Positions 21,543 through 31,607 of a DNA stretch of 56,443 nt are shown here, piece after piece. The DNA is from Candidatus Methylomirabilota bacterium. GTDB taxonomy: Bacteria > Methylomirabilota > Methylomirabilia > Rokubacteriales > CSP1-6. Under the pieces are notes generated by a model. That model saw nothing but the letters and a program-made list of their open reading frames with translations, was not told where the DNA came from and did no database searches. The position numbers and the translations under genes were made by a program. Numbering within the stretch: position 1 is the first letter of the stretch; each line of letters starts with the position of its first letter. The stretch covers positions 1 through 56,443 of the forward strand of contig JBKPAK010000009.1 in assembly GCA_046726415.1 (NCBI GenBank), written 5' to 3'.

Positions 21543-22661
21543 CTACTTCGTCAACCGCTCGTAGCCCTTCTCGCCCATGACGAAGATGTTGGGCTTCTGC
21601 TCCAGGTTGTCGCCGGAGCCGTCGTAGCTGAAGAAGCCATTGACGCCCTCGAAGCGCCTGGTCGCGCCGAGGGCCTTGCGGACGGCCTCGCGATCTGTGG
21701 AGCCGGCCCGTCGGACGGCGTCGGCGACGAGGCGGGTCGCGTCGTAGCCGAGTGCCACGTAGGCCGGGGGAGTCTTGTCGGCGCCGTACTTCGCCCGGTA
21801 TAGCCGGACGAAGCTCTGCACGATGGGTCGCGGGTCGGTCGGGTCGAAGGGGAAGAAGGTCATGACACCACGGGCGGCCTTGCCGGGGAGATCGGCGATA
21901 CGGGGATCGTTGAACCCGGCCCCGCCGAGGATCAGGCTCTTCACGCCGAGCCCCCGCGACTGGCTGATGATCAGCGCCGCCTCGTCGGTGGTGGCGGCCA
22001 CGTAGAGCAGGTCGGGCTCGCGGGCCTTGATCCGCGTGAGCTGGAGCGAGAAGTCCTGGTCGCCCCGCTTGAAGGACTCGATGTCGGACAGCTGGAGGCC
22101 GTTTGCAGGCGCCGCGGCCTTGACGGATTCCATCTCGCCGACGTTGTAGTTGTTGTCGGTGGCATACATGACGCTCACCGTCTTGATGCCGCGCAGCTCC
22201 TTGAGCCGCCCCAGCACCGGGCCCATCGCCTTGTCGACGATGAGCTGGATGCGGAACGAGTACGGGCTGAACTTGGGAAACGGCGCGGCGGAGCCCACGG
22301 AGATGAACGGGAGCTTGACCTCCGCCGCAACCGGATCCAGCGCGACGAACTCGATCGACGAAATCGAAAGGAACATCGCGACCTCGGGTCGGGCGGCAAA
22401 CTTGCGGTAGTGCGCCACCGCCTTGGCGCGATCAGCTCCGGTGTCGACGTACTCCACCCGCAGGCGTCGGCCCACGACGCCGCCGGCCGCATTGATCTCG
22501 TCGACGGCCAGGTCGATGCCGAGCTTGGCATCGGTCCCGTACGACGCGAAGTCACCGCTGAGGACGAAACCCGCGCCGATGACGACCTCGTCGACGGCCC
22601 ATGTCGCCGCCGCGGGAAGAGTCAGCAACGCGATGATGACTGCGATGACCCCCCGTCTCAT
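21543..22661 (-). CDS. Liv-type ABC substrate-binding protein
   Basis: Signal peptide MRRGVIAVII...; 'LAVDEINAAGGVVGR', 'DFSLQLTRIK', 'GYDA'. Confidence 0.92.
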   Translation of the reverse strand: MRRGVIAVIIALLTLPAAATWAVDEVVIGAGFVLSGDFASYGTDAKLGIDLAVDEINAAGGVVGRRLRVEYVDTGADRAKAVAHYRKFAARPEVAMFLSISSIEFVALDPVAAEVKLPFISVGSAAPFPKFSPYSFRIQLIVDKAMGPVLGRLKELRGIKTVSVMYATDNNYNVGEMESVKAAAPANGLQLSDIESFKRGDQDFSLQLTRIKAREPDLLYVAATTDEAALIISQSRGLGVKSLILGGAGFNDPRIADLPGKAARGVMTFFPFDPTDPRPIVQSFVRLYRAKYGADKTPPAYVALGYDATRLVADAVRRAGSTDREAVRKALGATRRFEGVNGFFSYDGSGDNLEQKPNIFVMGEKGYERLTK

Positions 22662-22852
22662 GGTGTTCCCCCTTGCGTCCCCGGTTCGTCCTGGTCGCTC
22701 CACCGTTTCGACGCGCGCGTCGCCCCACGCCAGGCGCGAGAGCCGGAGCGCCGCCACCATAGCGCAAGACGCCGAGGAGGTTCAAACGCGGCTCGGCGCT
22801 GGCGGGTTGACCCGAACGGCTCTTCGTGGGAAGTGAGTGGGTGACCAGCGGC

Positions 22853-23152
22853 TCAGCGGCCGGCGGGGTCGCGGTAGTGGCGGAGCAGGTACGCCATCAA
22901 CTTGTCCTTGTCGTCAGGGGAGATGGGTGCGCCGTACTTGATCATGCGGTCGAGCGTCTCGGACCAGCCCTGAGGGCCGAGGCGTTGCTGTACGGCGATC
23001 TCCACGCTGTGGCAGATTACGCAGCGCATGACCAATTCCCAGCCGAACGTCTGCGGGATGGGAACTTCCTGGGCCGAGACGCGCGCGCGAGGCACTGTGG
23101 CCGCCCCCGCGCCCAGCGCGAGGGCCGCCACCAAAAGCGCACTACGCCACAT
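22853..23152 (-). CDS. Small periplasmic monoheme cytochrome c (SorB/SorU-like partner)
   Basis: Signal peptide; CVICH heme motif; 'W...LDRM..YGA'; overlaps the end of the sulfite oxidase gene. Confidence 0.88.
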   Translation of the reverse strand: MWRSALLVAALALGAGAATVPRARVSAQEVPIPQTFGWELVMRCVICHSVEIAVQQRLGPQGWSETLDRMIKYGAPISPDDKDKLMAYLLRHYRDPAGR

Positions 23153-24305
23153 CAACCTTGACGGCGTGGATGACATTCCAGCGGTAGCCGAGGCGGTTGA
23201 AGGCCCGGCTGACGGGCTGGACCCGGCCGAGGCTGTCAGTGGCACGCGCCATGAGGGTATGCGCGCCCGGCTTCGCCTCCCAGCTGTACTCCCACCGGCG
23301 CCACGCGTAGCGCTGTTCCGGCGCGACGAACTTCGCCGGCGCCCATGTGTGCCCGCCGTCCGTGGAGACGTCAATGCCGGTCAGCTCGCCCTCGCCCGAC
23401 CACGCCCAGCCCCACACCGTCGTCGGTCCCCCGCGGAGTCTAGCCCCTTCGGCGGGACTGACGATGAGCGACTTCACCTCGAGCGACTGGAGCGAGTAGA
23501 TCTCCTTGTCGTTGTCCACGCGCGGCGCGGTGTAGTTCGACTTCATGTAGAAGCCGTCGAACTCCTCGGGCAAGAGGGTGATTCGCTCCACCCACTTGAT
23601 GGACGCCGATCCGACGAAGCCGGGCACGAGGACCCGGGCCGGCCCCCCGTGAAGCTGCGGCAGCGGCTTGCCGCCCATCTCGAGGGCGAGGATGGTGTGG
23701 GACTCCCACGCCTTCCAGAGCGGGATGCTCCTGATGAAGTCGGGCGCCTGGGGCGTCGGCGGCCTGTCGGCGCCATCGAAAGCCACGTGGCGCCCCGTCG
23801 GTCGGACCTTGGCCAGAGCCAGGACATCGGCGAGCCGCACTCCCTTCCACGACTGGTTGCCGACGGCGCCGTACTCCCACTGGATTCCCGACGCCCGCGG
23901 CCTGTGGAACGCGCGCCCGTTCCCGGCACACTCGATGAGCGCGTCCTCCGTCACCAGGGGCAGCTTCCGGAGGTCGTCGAGGCGCAGCATCAGGGGCTGG
24001 TCCACCTCGCCCTCGATGCGGAGCGTCCACTGCGCGGGATCGATGACGGGAGAGTCGAGGTTGTTGCGGACGAAGAAGATGTCGTCGGGCGTGTAGTACG
24101 ACGTCAGCTCGGCGAGCGGCGTCTCGAGGTTGATGGGCCGCGAGCTGCGGACCGTGAGCTTCTCTTTGCCGGGAATCGGTGGCGGGGGCGCCGCCGGAGC
24201 CTGCCCACTCGCCGGTCGCGCTCGAGCCGAGAGGAGCGTCCCTCCGGTGGCGATCATGAATCCCCGCCGAGTCATGACCTCGTGGGTCCGACTTGTCTCG
24301 CCCAT
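23142..24305 (-). CDS. Sulfite oxidase family molybdoenzyme (SorA/SorT-like), Tat-exported
   Basis: TRRGFM Tat motif; 'FFVRN', 'IECAGNGR', 'HGGPARVLVPG...SIKW', 'ARATDSLG.VQP'. Confidence 0.93.
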   Translation of the reverse strand: MGETSRTHEVMTRRGFMIATGGTLLSARARPASGQAPAAPPPPIPGKEKLTVRSSRPINLETPLAELTSYYTPDDIFFVRNNLDSPVIDPAQWTLRIEGEVDQPLMLRLDDLRKLPLVTEDALIECAGNGRAFHRPRASGIQWEYGAVGNQSWKGVRLADVLALAKVRPTGRHVAFDGADRPPTPQAPDFIRSIPLWKAWESHTILALEMGGKPLPQLHGGPARVLVPGFVGSASIKWVERITLLPEEFDGFYMKSNYTAPRVDNDKEIYSLQSLEVKSLIVSPAEGARLRGGPTTVWGWAWSGEGELTGIDVSTDGGHTWAPAKFVAPEQRYAWRRWEYSWEAKPGAHTLMARATDSLGRVQPVSRAFNRLGYRWNVIHAVKVDVA

Positions 24306-24394
24306 GGCGGCTCCTTCCGATTAGACTTTGGACGCGCTCGTCGGCGGTGAGAGGCCTCTGGTCGTCCCGGCGCCGATCGTCCTCGCGGCGTGAG

Positions 24395-26202
24395 TCAGGC
24401 GTGCTTCTCCGCTGCTGCCGCTTCCAGACCGAGGACCGTGATCATGTCCTCTCGCAGCCGAAACTTCTGCACCTTGCCGCTGGCCGTCAGCGGAAACTCC
24501 TCGACCACCCGTACGTATCTGGGGATCTTGTGGTGCGCCAGCACTGGCGCGAGAAACTCGTGGACTTCCTGGGACGTGATGACCATGCCCGCCCTGGGCT
24601 TGATCACGGCACACACCTGTTCACCCCATTTGAAGTCGGGGACCCCGAGCACGTGGGCGTCCTCGATCTTTGGATGTCCCATCAGGAGCTCCTCGATCTC
24701 GCGCGGATAGATGTTCTCGCCGCCGCGGATGATCATGTCTTTGGTCCGGCCCACGATGTTGAGATACCCCTCGGCATTCATCACCGCCAGGTCTCCGGTG
24801 TGCAACCAGCCGTCGTCGTCGATGGTCTCCCGCGTCTTGTCCGGCATCTTGTAGTAGCCCAGCATGGTGCCGAAGCCCCGGCAACAGATTTCCCCGACCT
24901 CTCCGATCGCCACCGTCTCGGTGCCTCCAGGCCGGATCAATTTCACTTCCACGTGGGGGATCGCCGTCCGATCGTCTCGAACTGGTTCTCGGCGGGGTCG
25001 TCGGGAAGCGCCTGCGTGACGACAGGGCTGGCCTCGGTGAGCCCATACACGACCAGGACGTCCGCGCCCAGCTCGTTCTTGACCCGGCGGCTCATCTCGG
25101 TCGGCACGTTGGTCCCTCCGGATACGACGATCCGCAGACTGGACAGGTCGAACGTCTTCAGTTCGGGATGCCCCAGATACGCCAGGAGCATCGTGGGGAC
25201 GCTGACCCCGAAGGTCGCGCGCTCCTTGTGGATCGCCTCCAGGACCTTCCGGGGGTCGAACTCGATCATCGGAACCAGGGTCGCTCCGACGCAGACGGGT
25301 CCGATGATCCCGAGGACACATCCGCCCGTGTGGAAGAACGGCATCGTGTTGAGGTAGACCGTCTTCTCCGAGAGCCCGAGCACCAGGCACCAGAGCCGAG
25401 GGTTGTTGAGAATCCCCTCGTGGGAGAGCATCGCGCCTTTGGGGAAGCCGGTGGTGCCCGAGGTGTACTGGATCATGACCGGATCGTTTGCATGGACCTC
25501 CGCGGCCACCCGCATCAGCTTCGCTTCGGGGATCGCCTGCCCCATGGCCACGATGTCCTCGAAAAGCCAGTAGCCGCTGCGCGTCCCGCCCCGGGCGTTC
25601 ATGATGGCCGCCACCCTCAGCTCAGGGAGATTCGGCAGTCGCAGGTGGCCCGGTCGCTGGCCGGTCACCCCGGGCCCGACCTGCTCGAAGCGCTCGATGT
25701 AATCCATGGCGCGGTACTTGGGCATCAAGAAGAGGGCTCTGGAGTCCGATTGCTTCAACACGTATTCCAGCTCCCGCGGCGTGGAGTTCGTGTTCACCGT
25801 GACGAGGACGGTGGCTCTGGAGTCCGATTGCTTCAACACGTATTCCAGCTCCCGCGGCGTGGAGTTCGTGTTCACCGTGACGAGGACGGCGCCGATCCTG
25901 GCGGTGGCGAACATGAGGAGGATCCACTCCGGGATGTTCGAGCTCCAGACCGCGATCTTGTCGGCCTTCTGGATTCCGATCGCCAGGAGCCCTCGCGCCA
26001 GGGCGTCGACCTTTCGGTCGAGCGCGGAGTACGTCCACCGGACGTCCAGGTCCAGCTCGGGGTAGACGCTGTAGACGACGGCCTCTTTCTCGGGGAGCCG
26101 CCTCGCCACCTCCCGCAGCACGTCGCCCAGGGTCAGGTGGAGCAGCTCGAAGCCCTTCGTCTCGGGGCCCCAGTGCGCCTCTCTCGGATCGAGGAGTCCC
26201 AT
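24395..26202 (-). pseudogene. AMP-dependent acyl-CoA synthetase with a frameshift near 24965 and an internal 78-bp duplication
   Basis: YTSGTTGFPKG and YGLTE in one frame; 'GWLHTGD...GGENIYPREIE...SGKVQK' in another; one added base restores the frame, so this may be a sequencing error. Confidence 0.85.
25735..25889. repeat. Exact tandem duplication, 2 x 77 bp, period 78
   Basis: 25735-25811 is identical to 25813-25889; duplicates VLVTVNTNSTPRELEYVLKQSDSRA in frame. Confidence 0.97.
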
Positions 26203-26394
26203 GGTTCACCTCTCTGATTTCGTCAGGATATCCCCGGTGAGCCGGTCGACCTGAGGGGCCTGGATCGGTTCCCAATCTTCCACCGCGGCTGAGGACAGCA
26301 TCAACTGATCCCGAGCGAAGTCAAAATGCACGACGGGCGGGTGTATCCGGAGTTCTCCAGTTGCCAACGATGTCCGTGTGAGTAGGATGGCACT

Positions 26395-26577
26395 GTGAGC
26401 GACCACGCCATCCTTGGGCTGCTCCTCGTTGTCTCCATCGCTGGCGGTGTTGGCGGTCTGCTGGTCCTGGGCGGCATGCTGCGCGAGTGCCAGCGCCTCA
26501 CCAGAGCCGTCGCCGACCTCGTGTATCAGGAAGGCGAGAAGACCCGCGCGGCCGTCACCGGTCGGCCCCCAGCCTGA
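26395..26577 (+). CDS. Small single-TM membrane protein, probably leaderless
   Basis: Hydrophobic N-terminus plus amphipathic tail; TTGCCA-N16-TAGGAT ends 6 nt before the GTG. Confidence 0.6.
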   Translation: MSDHAILGLLLVVSIAGGVGGLLVLGGMLRECQRLTRAVADLVYQEGEKTRAAVTGRPPA

Positions 26578-26689
26578 CCGGCAAGTCCGGGGGCGCACGT
26601 TGTCGATATGTGAGCTGACCGCAACGGTGACACCGTGAAGTGACCGCTCGGGGTGCGTCTCGACCATGGCGCATTGACCCCCTGGGCGC

Positions 26690-26705
26690 GAGTATGGCCA
26701 TACTC
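26690..26705. promoter_or_regulatory. Perfect 16-bp palindromic operator of the RHH antitoxin
   Basis: GAGTATGGCCATACTC; partial repeat GTATGGCCA overlaps the ATG at 26711. Confidence 0.7.
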
Positions 26706-26710
26706 TGTGT

Positions 26711-26986
26711 ATGGCCACCACAACCGTACGTTCCAGGTACGCTCTCGATGCCGAGACGGTCGGCCTGCTCGAGCGGCTCGCCCGGCAATGGGCGGTCTCC
26801 AAGTCGGAGGCGTTGCGGCGGGCGATTCGCGCGGCCGCGGAGCGGACTGCTCCCGACGATCGCGCGGCGCGTGCGGCCGCGTGGCACCAGCTGCAGAGGG
26901 GCGTGGGGCTCACGCCGGCCCGAGCCCGTGCCTGGGAGCATCAGGTGGTGGCCGAGCGACGCGCGGGGCGGCAGCCTCGGGGATGA
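26711..26986 (+). CDS. CopG/ribbon-helix-helix antitoxin (VapB-like)
   Basis: 'RSRYALDAETVGLLERLARQWAVSKSEALRRAIR'; ATGA overlap with a PIN-like start. Confidence 0.8.
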   Translation: MATTTVRSRYALDAETVGLLERLARQWAVSKSEALRRAIRAAAERTAPDDRAARAAAWHQLQRGVGLTPARARAWEHQVVAERRAGRQPRG

Positions 26987-27090
26987 TCCACCTCCACGCG
27001 GGGTTCCTCATCCGCGCCCTCTTGGCCGGTTCTCCGGAGAGCGAGCAGATGGAGCGCTGGCTCGGCGATGGTGAGCCGATCCATGTACAT
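26983..27090 (+). pseudogene. Truncated PIN/VapC toxin N-terminus
   Basis: MIHLHAGFLIRALLAGSPESEQMERWL resembles the PIN start 'xxLDT.FLI' with the first Asp replaced by His; similarity stops after about 35 aa. Confidence 0.6.
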
Positions 27091-27207
27091 GAACGCATGA
27101 CTTCTCCCGGTTTACCGGCCAGGGTCTCAGGCTCGCTGGCGAAGGTCGCCCACGAGGTGAGGGATCGCAGCAGCTTGCCAAATTGCAAGGTCAACAAGGA
27201 GGATCCT

Positions 27208-28317
27208 ATGGCCGCCATCGCCGCACATGTTGCTCGCGTCGCTGTGGGCCTCGCCCTTGTCCTCGCACTCGGCGCCGAACCCGCCCACGCTCAGGGGACG
27301 ACGACCCTCAAGGTCCAGGCGGCGTGGCCAGGCACCAGCATGATCTGGGAGAACTCGAAATTCTTCGCCGAGCGCGTCGGGAAGCTGTCGGGCGGCCGGC
27401 TGAAGATCGAGATGTTGGCATCGGGTGCGGTGGTGCCGCCGTTCGAGTCGCTCGACGCCACCGCTCGTGGGGTCCTCGACGGGGCGCACGCGGCGCCGGC
27501 GTACTGGGTGGGGAAGAACAAGGCGGCCGCGCTGTTCGGCCCGGCACCCGGCGGGCCGTTCGGCATGGACATGCTGGACTACCTGGGGTGGCTGTACCAG
27601 GGGGGTGGGCTCGAGCTCTATCGCGAGTTCTACCGCGATGTCTTGAAGTCCGACGTGGTCCCGCTTCCGCTCACCGCGGTGAGTAACCAGGTGCTGGGGT
27701 GGTTCAAGAAGCCCATCCGGGGCCTGGCCGACCTCCGCGGCGTGAAGTGCCGGCAGACCGGCATCACCGCCGAAGTCTTCACCGAGCTGGGGATGCGCAC
27801 CGTCAACATGGCCGGCGGCGAGATCCTCCCCGCGGCCGAGCGCGGCGTGATCGAGTGCGCGGAGTGGGTGGGGCCCGCCGAGGACATGAAGCTGGGCTTC
27901 CACCAGGTCTTCAAGCACTACTACATGCCGTCGCTCCACGAGCCCGCGGTCGTGGTGGAGCTCCTGATCAACGGCAAGGCGTGGGAGAAGCTCGCGCCGG
28001 ACTTCCAGGAGATCATCAAGGCAGCGGCCCTCGAGGCGACCATCAACTCGCAGATCGCGCTCAACAAGGCCAACGCGGGGGCGCTGAAGGAGTTGCGCGA
28101 GAAGCACAATGTCCAAATCGGGCGGACGCCCGACGATATCCTCATCGCGATGCTCAAGGCCTGGGACAAGATCGCCCAGCAGGAAGCGGACAGGAACCCG
28201 TTCTTCAAGAAGGTCTATGAGTCCCAGCGTCGCTGGGCGGCCGACGTGGTGACCTCACGGCGCACCGTGCACCCGTCGTACGAGCTAGCCGCCGACTACT
28301 ACTGGCCCCAGAAGTAG
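27208..28317 (+). CDS. dctP: TRAP transporter substrate-binding protein (DctP/TakP-like)
   Basis: AAGGAGG RBS; signal peptide; 'SGGRLKIE', 'GWFKKPI', 'ERGVIECAEWVGP'; no dctQ/M in window. Confidence 0.92.
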   Translation: MAAIAAHVARVAVGLALVLALGAEPAHAQGTTTLKVQAAWPGTSMIWENSKFFAERVGKLSGGRLKIEMLASGAVVPPFESLDATARGVLDGAHAAPAYWVGKNKAAALFGPAPGGPFGMDMLDYLGWLYQGGGLELYREFYRDVLKSDVVPLPLTAVSNQVLGWFKKPIRGLADLRGVKCRQTGITAEVFTELGMRTVNMAGGEILPAAERGVIECAEWVGPAEDMKLGFHQVFKHYYMPSLHEPAVVVELLINGKAWEKLAPDFQEIIKAAALEATINSQIALNKANAGALKELREKHNVQIGRTPDDILIAMLKAWDKIAQQEADRNPFFKKVYESQRRWAADVVTSRRTVHPSYELAADYYWPQK

Positions 28318-28474
28318 TCAGTCAGCCGGCTAGAGCATCGTCAGGCCGCGTCTGGCCATGGCGGGGTCCGTGATCACCGGGCGCCTGCCGGAGAAGTCCA
28401 CGAAGGCTTTCTCGGCGGCGCGCGCCGGAAAGTAGACTAGGGGAACAAGGGCACGTTCGCTTAGAGTTGTCGGC

Positions 28475-29893
28475 ATGGCGAAGGCGAGATGGTCCCTGAT
28501 GGCATTGTTGGCCGGGGCGCTCCTCGGGACGGGCTGTGCATCGGCCGTCGCCGCCCGCGTAAAAAAGGCTGGCCCCGAAGTGGCCTGCGTCAGGCCCGCG
28601 CCGGATCGCGAGGTTGTCGTCGGCGTCGCCCTCTCGGGCGGGGGCACCCGGGCGGCCTTGTTCGGGGCGGCCGGCCTCGAGGCGCTGGGGCGACTGCGGG
28701 CCCCTGGAGGAGGCTCGGTCCTCGAACGGGTGCAGTACCTCTCTAGCGTGTCCGGAGGCAGCGTCGCGGCCACCTACTATGTCAGCAAGAAACCGGACCG
28801 GGAGACGGCGGTCCTCGCGCCGGATGGCGCGTTGACGGCCGACTATCAAGCGTTCTTCGCCAGATACAAAGAGGTCTTGACGCAGGACATCGAGAACGCG
28901 CTCATCTGGCGCCAGATTCTCAACTTCCGGTGGATCAACTCCGCGCTCGCCGCGCGGTCCCTCTACGAAATTCTCACCGAGAAGGTCCTGGGCCCGACGA
29001 CGTTCGATGACCTGAGCCGACGCGAGACGCGGGGGGACAGCCCCTTCCTGATCGTCAACACCACGCTTTACAACAACGGCCGCCGCCTCATCTTCACGAC
29101 CCTGCCCGCCGATGCCTCGCGCTACGACTTTTTCGAGGCGCTGGAGCAATCCCTGGCTCGACATGGGAAGCACGCCAAGATTCCGCCGCTCGCCGTCGAC
29201 CGCTGGAAAAGCCTGCTCCCGGTGACCCCCGAGGAGCTCATGATCAATCCGTGCCGCGTGCCCCTCGCGGCCGCCGCCGCCGGGTCGGCATCGTTCCCTC
29301 CGCTCGTCGGTCCGATCACCATCCGGGTGGGGGACGAGGAGGTCTATTGGCACATCGGGGACGGCGGCCTCTACGAAAACCAGGGGATCGAGTCGCTCCT
29401 CTTCCTGTTCCTCAAGAATTTGCAGGAGCAGCGGGCCCGGCGTGCGGTGATCATCGCGTTCGACAGCTCGTATCCGTTCTCGGTGGGATACAGGAAGCTG
29501 AGCCGTCGCTCTGACCCCTTCAGCCTGCTCACCTACGACTTTTCCCGCATCCCCAGCATCATGGAAGAGCGCGCGACGGCTTATCAGTACGTGTTCTTCT
29601 CAAGCCTCCAGGCGGAGGGCGTCTTCCCCGATCGGCAGACCGCGCGCGTGGTCTTCCTCAAGCACACCGACGCTGCCTGGAACGACGACCTGAGCGACCT
29701 GCCCGAGGCCTGCCGCAACGAAAAGCCGCCGTTGCGCTCTCCCGAGGAGGTCGTGGAACGCATTGCCGAGATCCCCACGCGGTTCTGGCTGCCATCGGAG
29801 TGCGATCGGCAGCTCCTGGTGACCGCCGCCGGCAAGGTCGTCGCGCAAAACCAGCAGAACATCCTGGAGCTGCTGGAGGAACGCCGCCCCTAG
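28475..29893 (+). CDS. Patatin-like phospholipase, probable lipoprotein
   Basis: LSGGGTRA, SSVSGGS, DGG; lipobox-like 'LLGTGC'. Confidence 0.88.
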   Translation: MAKARWSLMALLAGALLGTGCASAVAARVKKAGPEVACVRPAPDREVVVGVALSGGGTRAALFGAAGLEALGRLRAPGGGSVLERVQYLSSVSGGSVAATYYVSKKPDRETAVLAPDGALTADYQAFFARYKEVLTQDIENALIWRQILNFRWINSALAARSLYEILTEKVLGPTTFDDLSRRETRGDSPFLIVNTTLYNNGRRLIFTTLPADASRYDFFEALEQSLARHGKHAKIPPLAVDRWKSLLPVTPEELMINPCRVPLAAAAAGSASFPPLVGPITIRVGDEEVYWHIGDGGLYENQGIESLLFLFLKNLQEQRARRAVIIAFDSSYPFSVGYRKLSRRSDPFSLLTYDFSRIPSIMEERATAYQYVFFSSLQAEGVFPDRQTARVVFLKHTDAAWNDDLSDLPEACRNEKPPLRSPEEVVERIAEIPTRFWLPSECDRQLLVTAAGKVVAQNQQNILELLEERRP

Positions 29894-29897
29894 GAAC

Positions 29898-29920
29898 ATG
29901 GGGCCCGGGCATGGCCCCAT
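29898..29920. terminator. REP-like or terminator hairpin between convergent genes
   Basis: ATGGGGCC-N7-GGCCCCAT. Confidence 0.45.
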
Positions 29921-30013
29921 ACCCTCCACGCGCGGCGATTCGGCCAGCCACGTCGTGGGACCTTCTAAGCTATGCCACCTATCTCCTCGAGGTCCGCGAT
30001 CTGAATACCCCCT

Positions 30014-31591
30014 TCAGGTCGAGGCCCTGCCGCGGCGCAGCGCGCGCCCCGCGAGGACACCCGTGTGCTTGCCGTTGTCCACGACCACCTGGCCGTTGAC
30101 GATCACGTGGTCGATGCCAATCGGAAACTGCTTGGGCTGCGTGCGCGTGGCCGGCGCTTTGACCGTCGTCGGATTGAACACCACGACATCGGCCTTGAAA
30201 CCGTCGCGCAGCAGGCCGCGGTCGGGCAGGCCCAGGCGCTGGGCCGCGAACGACGTCATCTTGCGGATCGCGTCGGGGAGCGCCAGGAAGCGCTCTTCGC
30301 GAACGAACTCGGCCAGGATGATCGGGAAGGTGCCGTAGGTGCGCGGGCTGGGGAAGTCGCCGATGAGCAGGGCGTCGCTCCCCACCATCGACAGGGGATG
30401 ACTCACGAACTTGGGCAAGGTAGCCGCGTTGCCGCCGGCCGACACGTAAGAGACCTCGAGATTCTCGGCCACCAGCAGCTCGCAGATCGCGTCTACCGGG
30501 TCCTTGTCCATCATGTCCGCCACCTGGGCGATGGAGCGGCCCTCGAAGCGATGGTGGTGCGCATGCTTGAAGTTGGTGAGCCACATGTCGCTCCACGCCG
30601 CCGCCCGCGGCGCCATTTCCCGGCGCAGCCGCTCGCGCATCATCTGGTCGCGGAGCACCGCCTTCAGTTTCTCGGGCCCGCCGTCGTGCGCCCACTGGGG
30701 AATCAGGATCAGGAGGCGGGTGCTGCTGAGCGGATACGGGTAGCTGTCGAAGGTGACGTCCAGGCCCTCGTCGCGACCGTCCTCGACGAGGCCGAGCATG
30801 CGGCTGGCCCCGCCGGGGCTGGTGGTCCGCTGGTAGAAGTGGGTGATATGCACGGGCACGCCGCTGCCGCGGCCGATGTCGAGGGCCTCTTTGAACGGGT
30901 CGAGGAAGCGATCGCCCAGGCCGTAGCGCACATGAGTGTGGTAGATGCCGCCCAGCCGCGCGGCCTCGCGGGACAGCTCGACCAGCTCCGAGGTGTCGGC
31001 GTAGCTCCCGGGCGGGTAGTCGAGCCCCGTGGACATCCCGAAGGCGCCCTCTTCCATCCCGGTTCGCAGCAGCGATCTCATGTTCGCCTTCTCGCGCTCG
31101 GTGGCGGGGCGGTCGTCCCACCCCACGCCGGCGATGCGCAGCGGCGAGTTGCCGAGGATGTAGGCGATGTTGACGGCCACCCGGTTCGTGAACATGTCGA
31201 GATACTGCTCGACGGTGGACCAGCGCCCGGGCAGCGGCGGGTTGCCGTCGAGGCCGGAGTTCATCTCGACGAAGCGGTGGAAGTCCGCCTCGTTCGCGAA
31301 GGGGGCGTAGGAGCAGCCGTCGATGCCGATCAGCTCGGTGGTCACCCCCTGGCGGACCTTGGGCTCGTGCTGCGGCTCGGCGAGGATGACCAGGCCCGAG
31401 TGCGCGTGCATGTCGATGAAGCCCGGGCACACCACGCGGCCGCGGGCGTCGATGGCGCGACGGGCCTCGACCCCCGCGAGGTCGCCGCGGAGGATGACCA
31501 CGCGCTCGCGCTCCACGCCGACTGCGCCATAGAATCCCGGGTTGCCAGTGCCGTCGATGATGAGTCCGTCGCGAATCAAGAGATCGAGCAC
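30014..31591 (-). CDS. N-acyl-D-amino-acid deacylase (D-aminoacylase family)
   Basis: GGAGG RBS and GTG start; 'PGFIDMHAHS', 'STGLDYPPG', 'VGSD', 'PRTYGTFP'. Confidence 0.93.
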   Translation of the reverse strand: MLDLLIRDGLIIDGTGNPGFYGAVGVERERVVILRGDLAGVEARRAIDARGRVVCPGFIDMHAHSGLVILAEPQHEPKVRQGVTTELIGIDGCSYAPFANEADFHRFVEMNSGLDGNPPLPGRWSTVEQYLDMFTNRVAVNIAYILGNSPLRIAGVGWDDRPATEREKANMRSLLRTGMEEGAFGMSTGLDYPPGSYADTSELVELSREAARLGGIYHTHVRYGLGDRFLDPFKEALDIGRGSGVPVHITHFYQRTTSPGGASRMLGLVEDGRDEGLDVTFDSYPYPLSSTRLLILIPQWAHDGGPEKLKAVLRDQMMRERLRREMAPRAAAWSDMWLTNFKHAHHHRFEGRSIAQVADMMDKDPVDAICELLVAENLEVSYVSAGGNAATLPKFVSHPLSMVGSDALLIGDFPSPRTYGTFPIILAEFVREERFLALPDAIRKMTSFAAQRLGLPDRGLLRDGFKADVVVFNPTTVKAPATRTQPKQFPIGIDHVIVNGQVVVDNGKHTGVLAGRALRRGRAST

Positions 31592-31607
31592 GCGGTACCT
31601 CCTTTCA

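Noticed and set aside
25735-25889. CRISPR-like repeat
   Set aside because: Two long adjacent copies inside a CDS with no spacers and no cas genes
26653-27207. 554-aa ORF as the true dctP
   Set aside because: The strong RBS and signal peptide start at 27208; the upstream part overlaps the antitoxin gene and PIN stub
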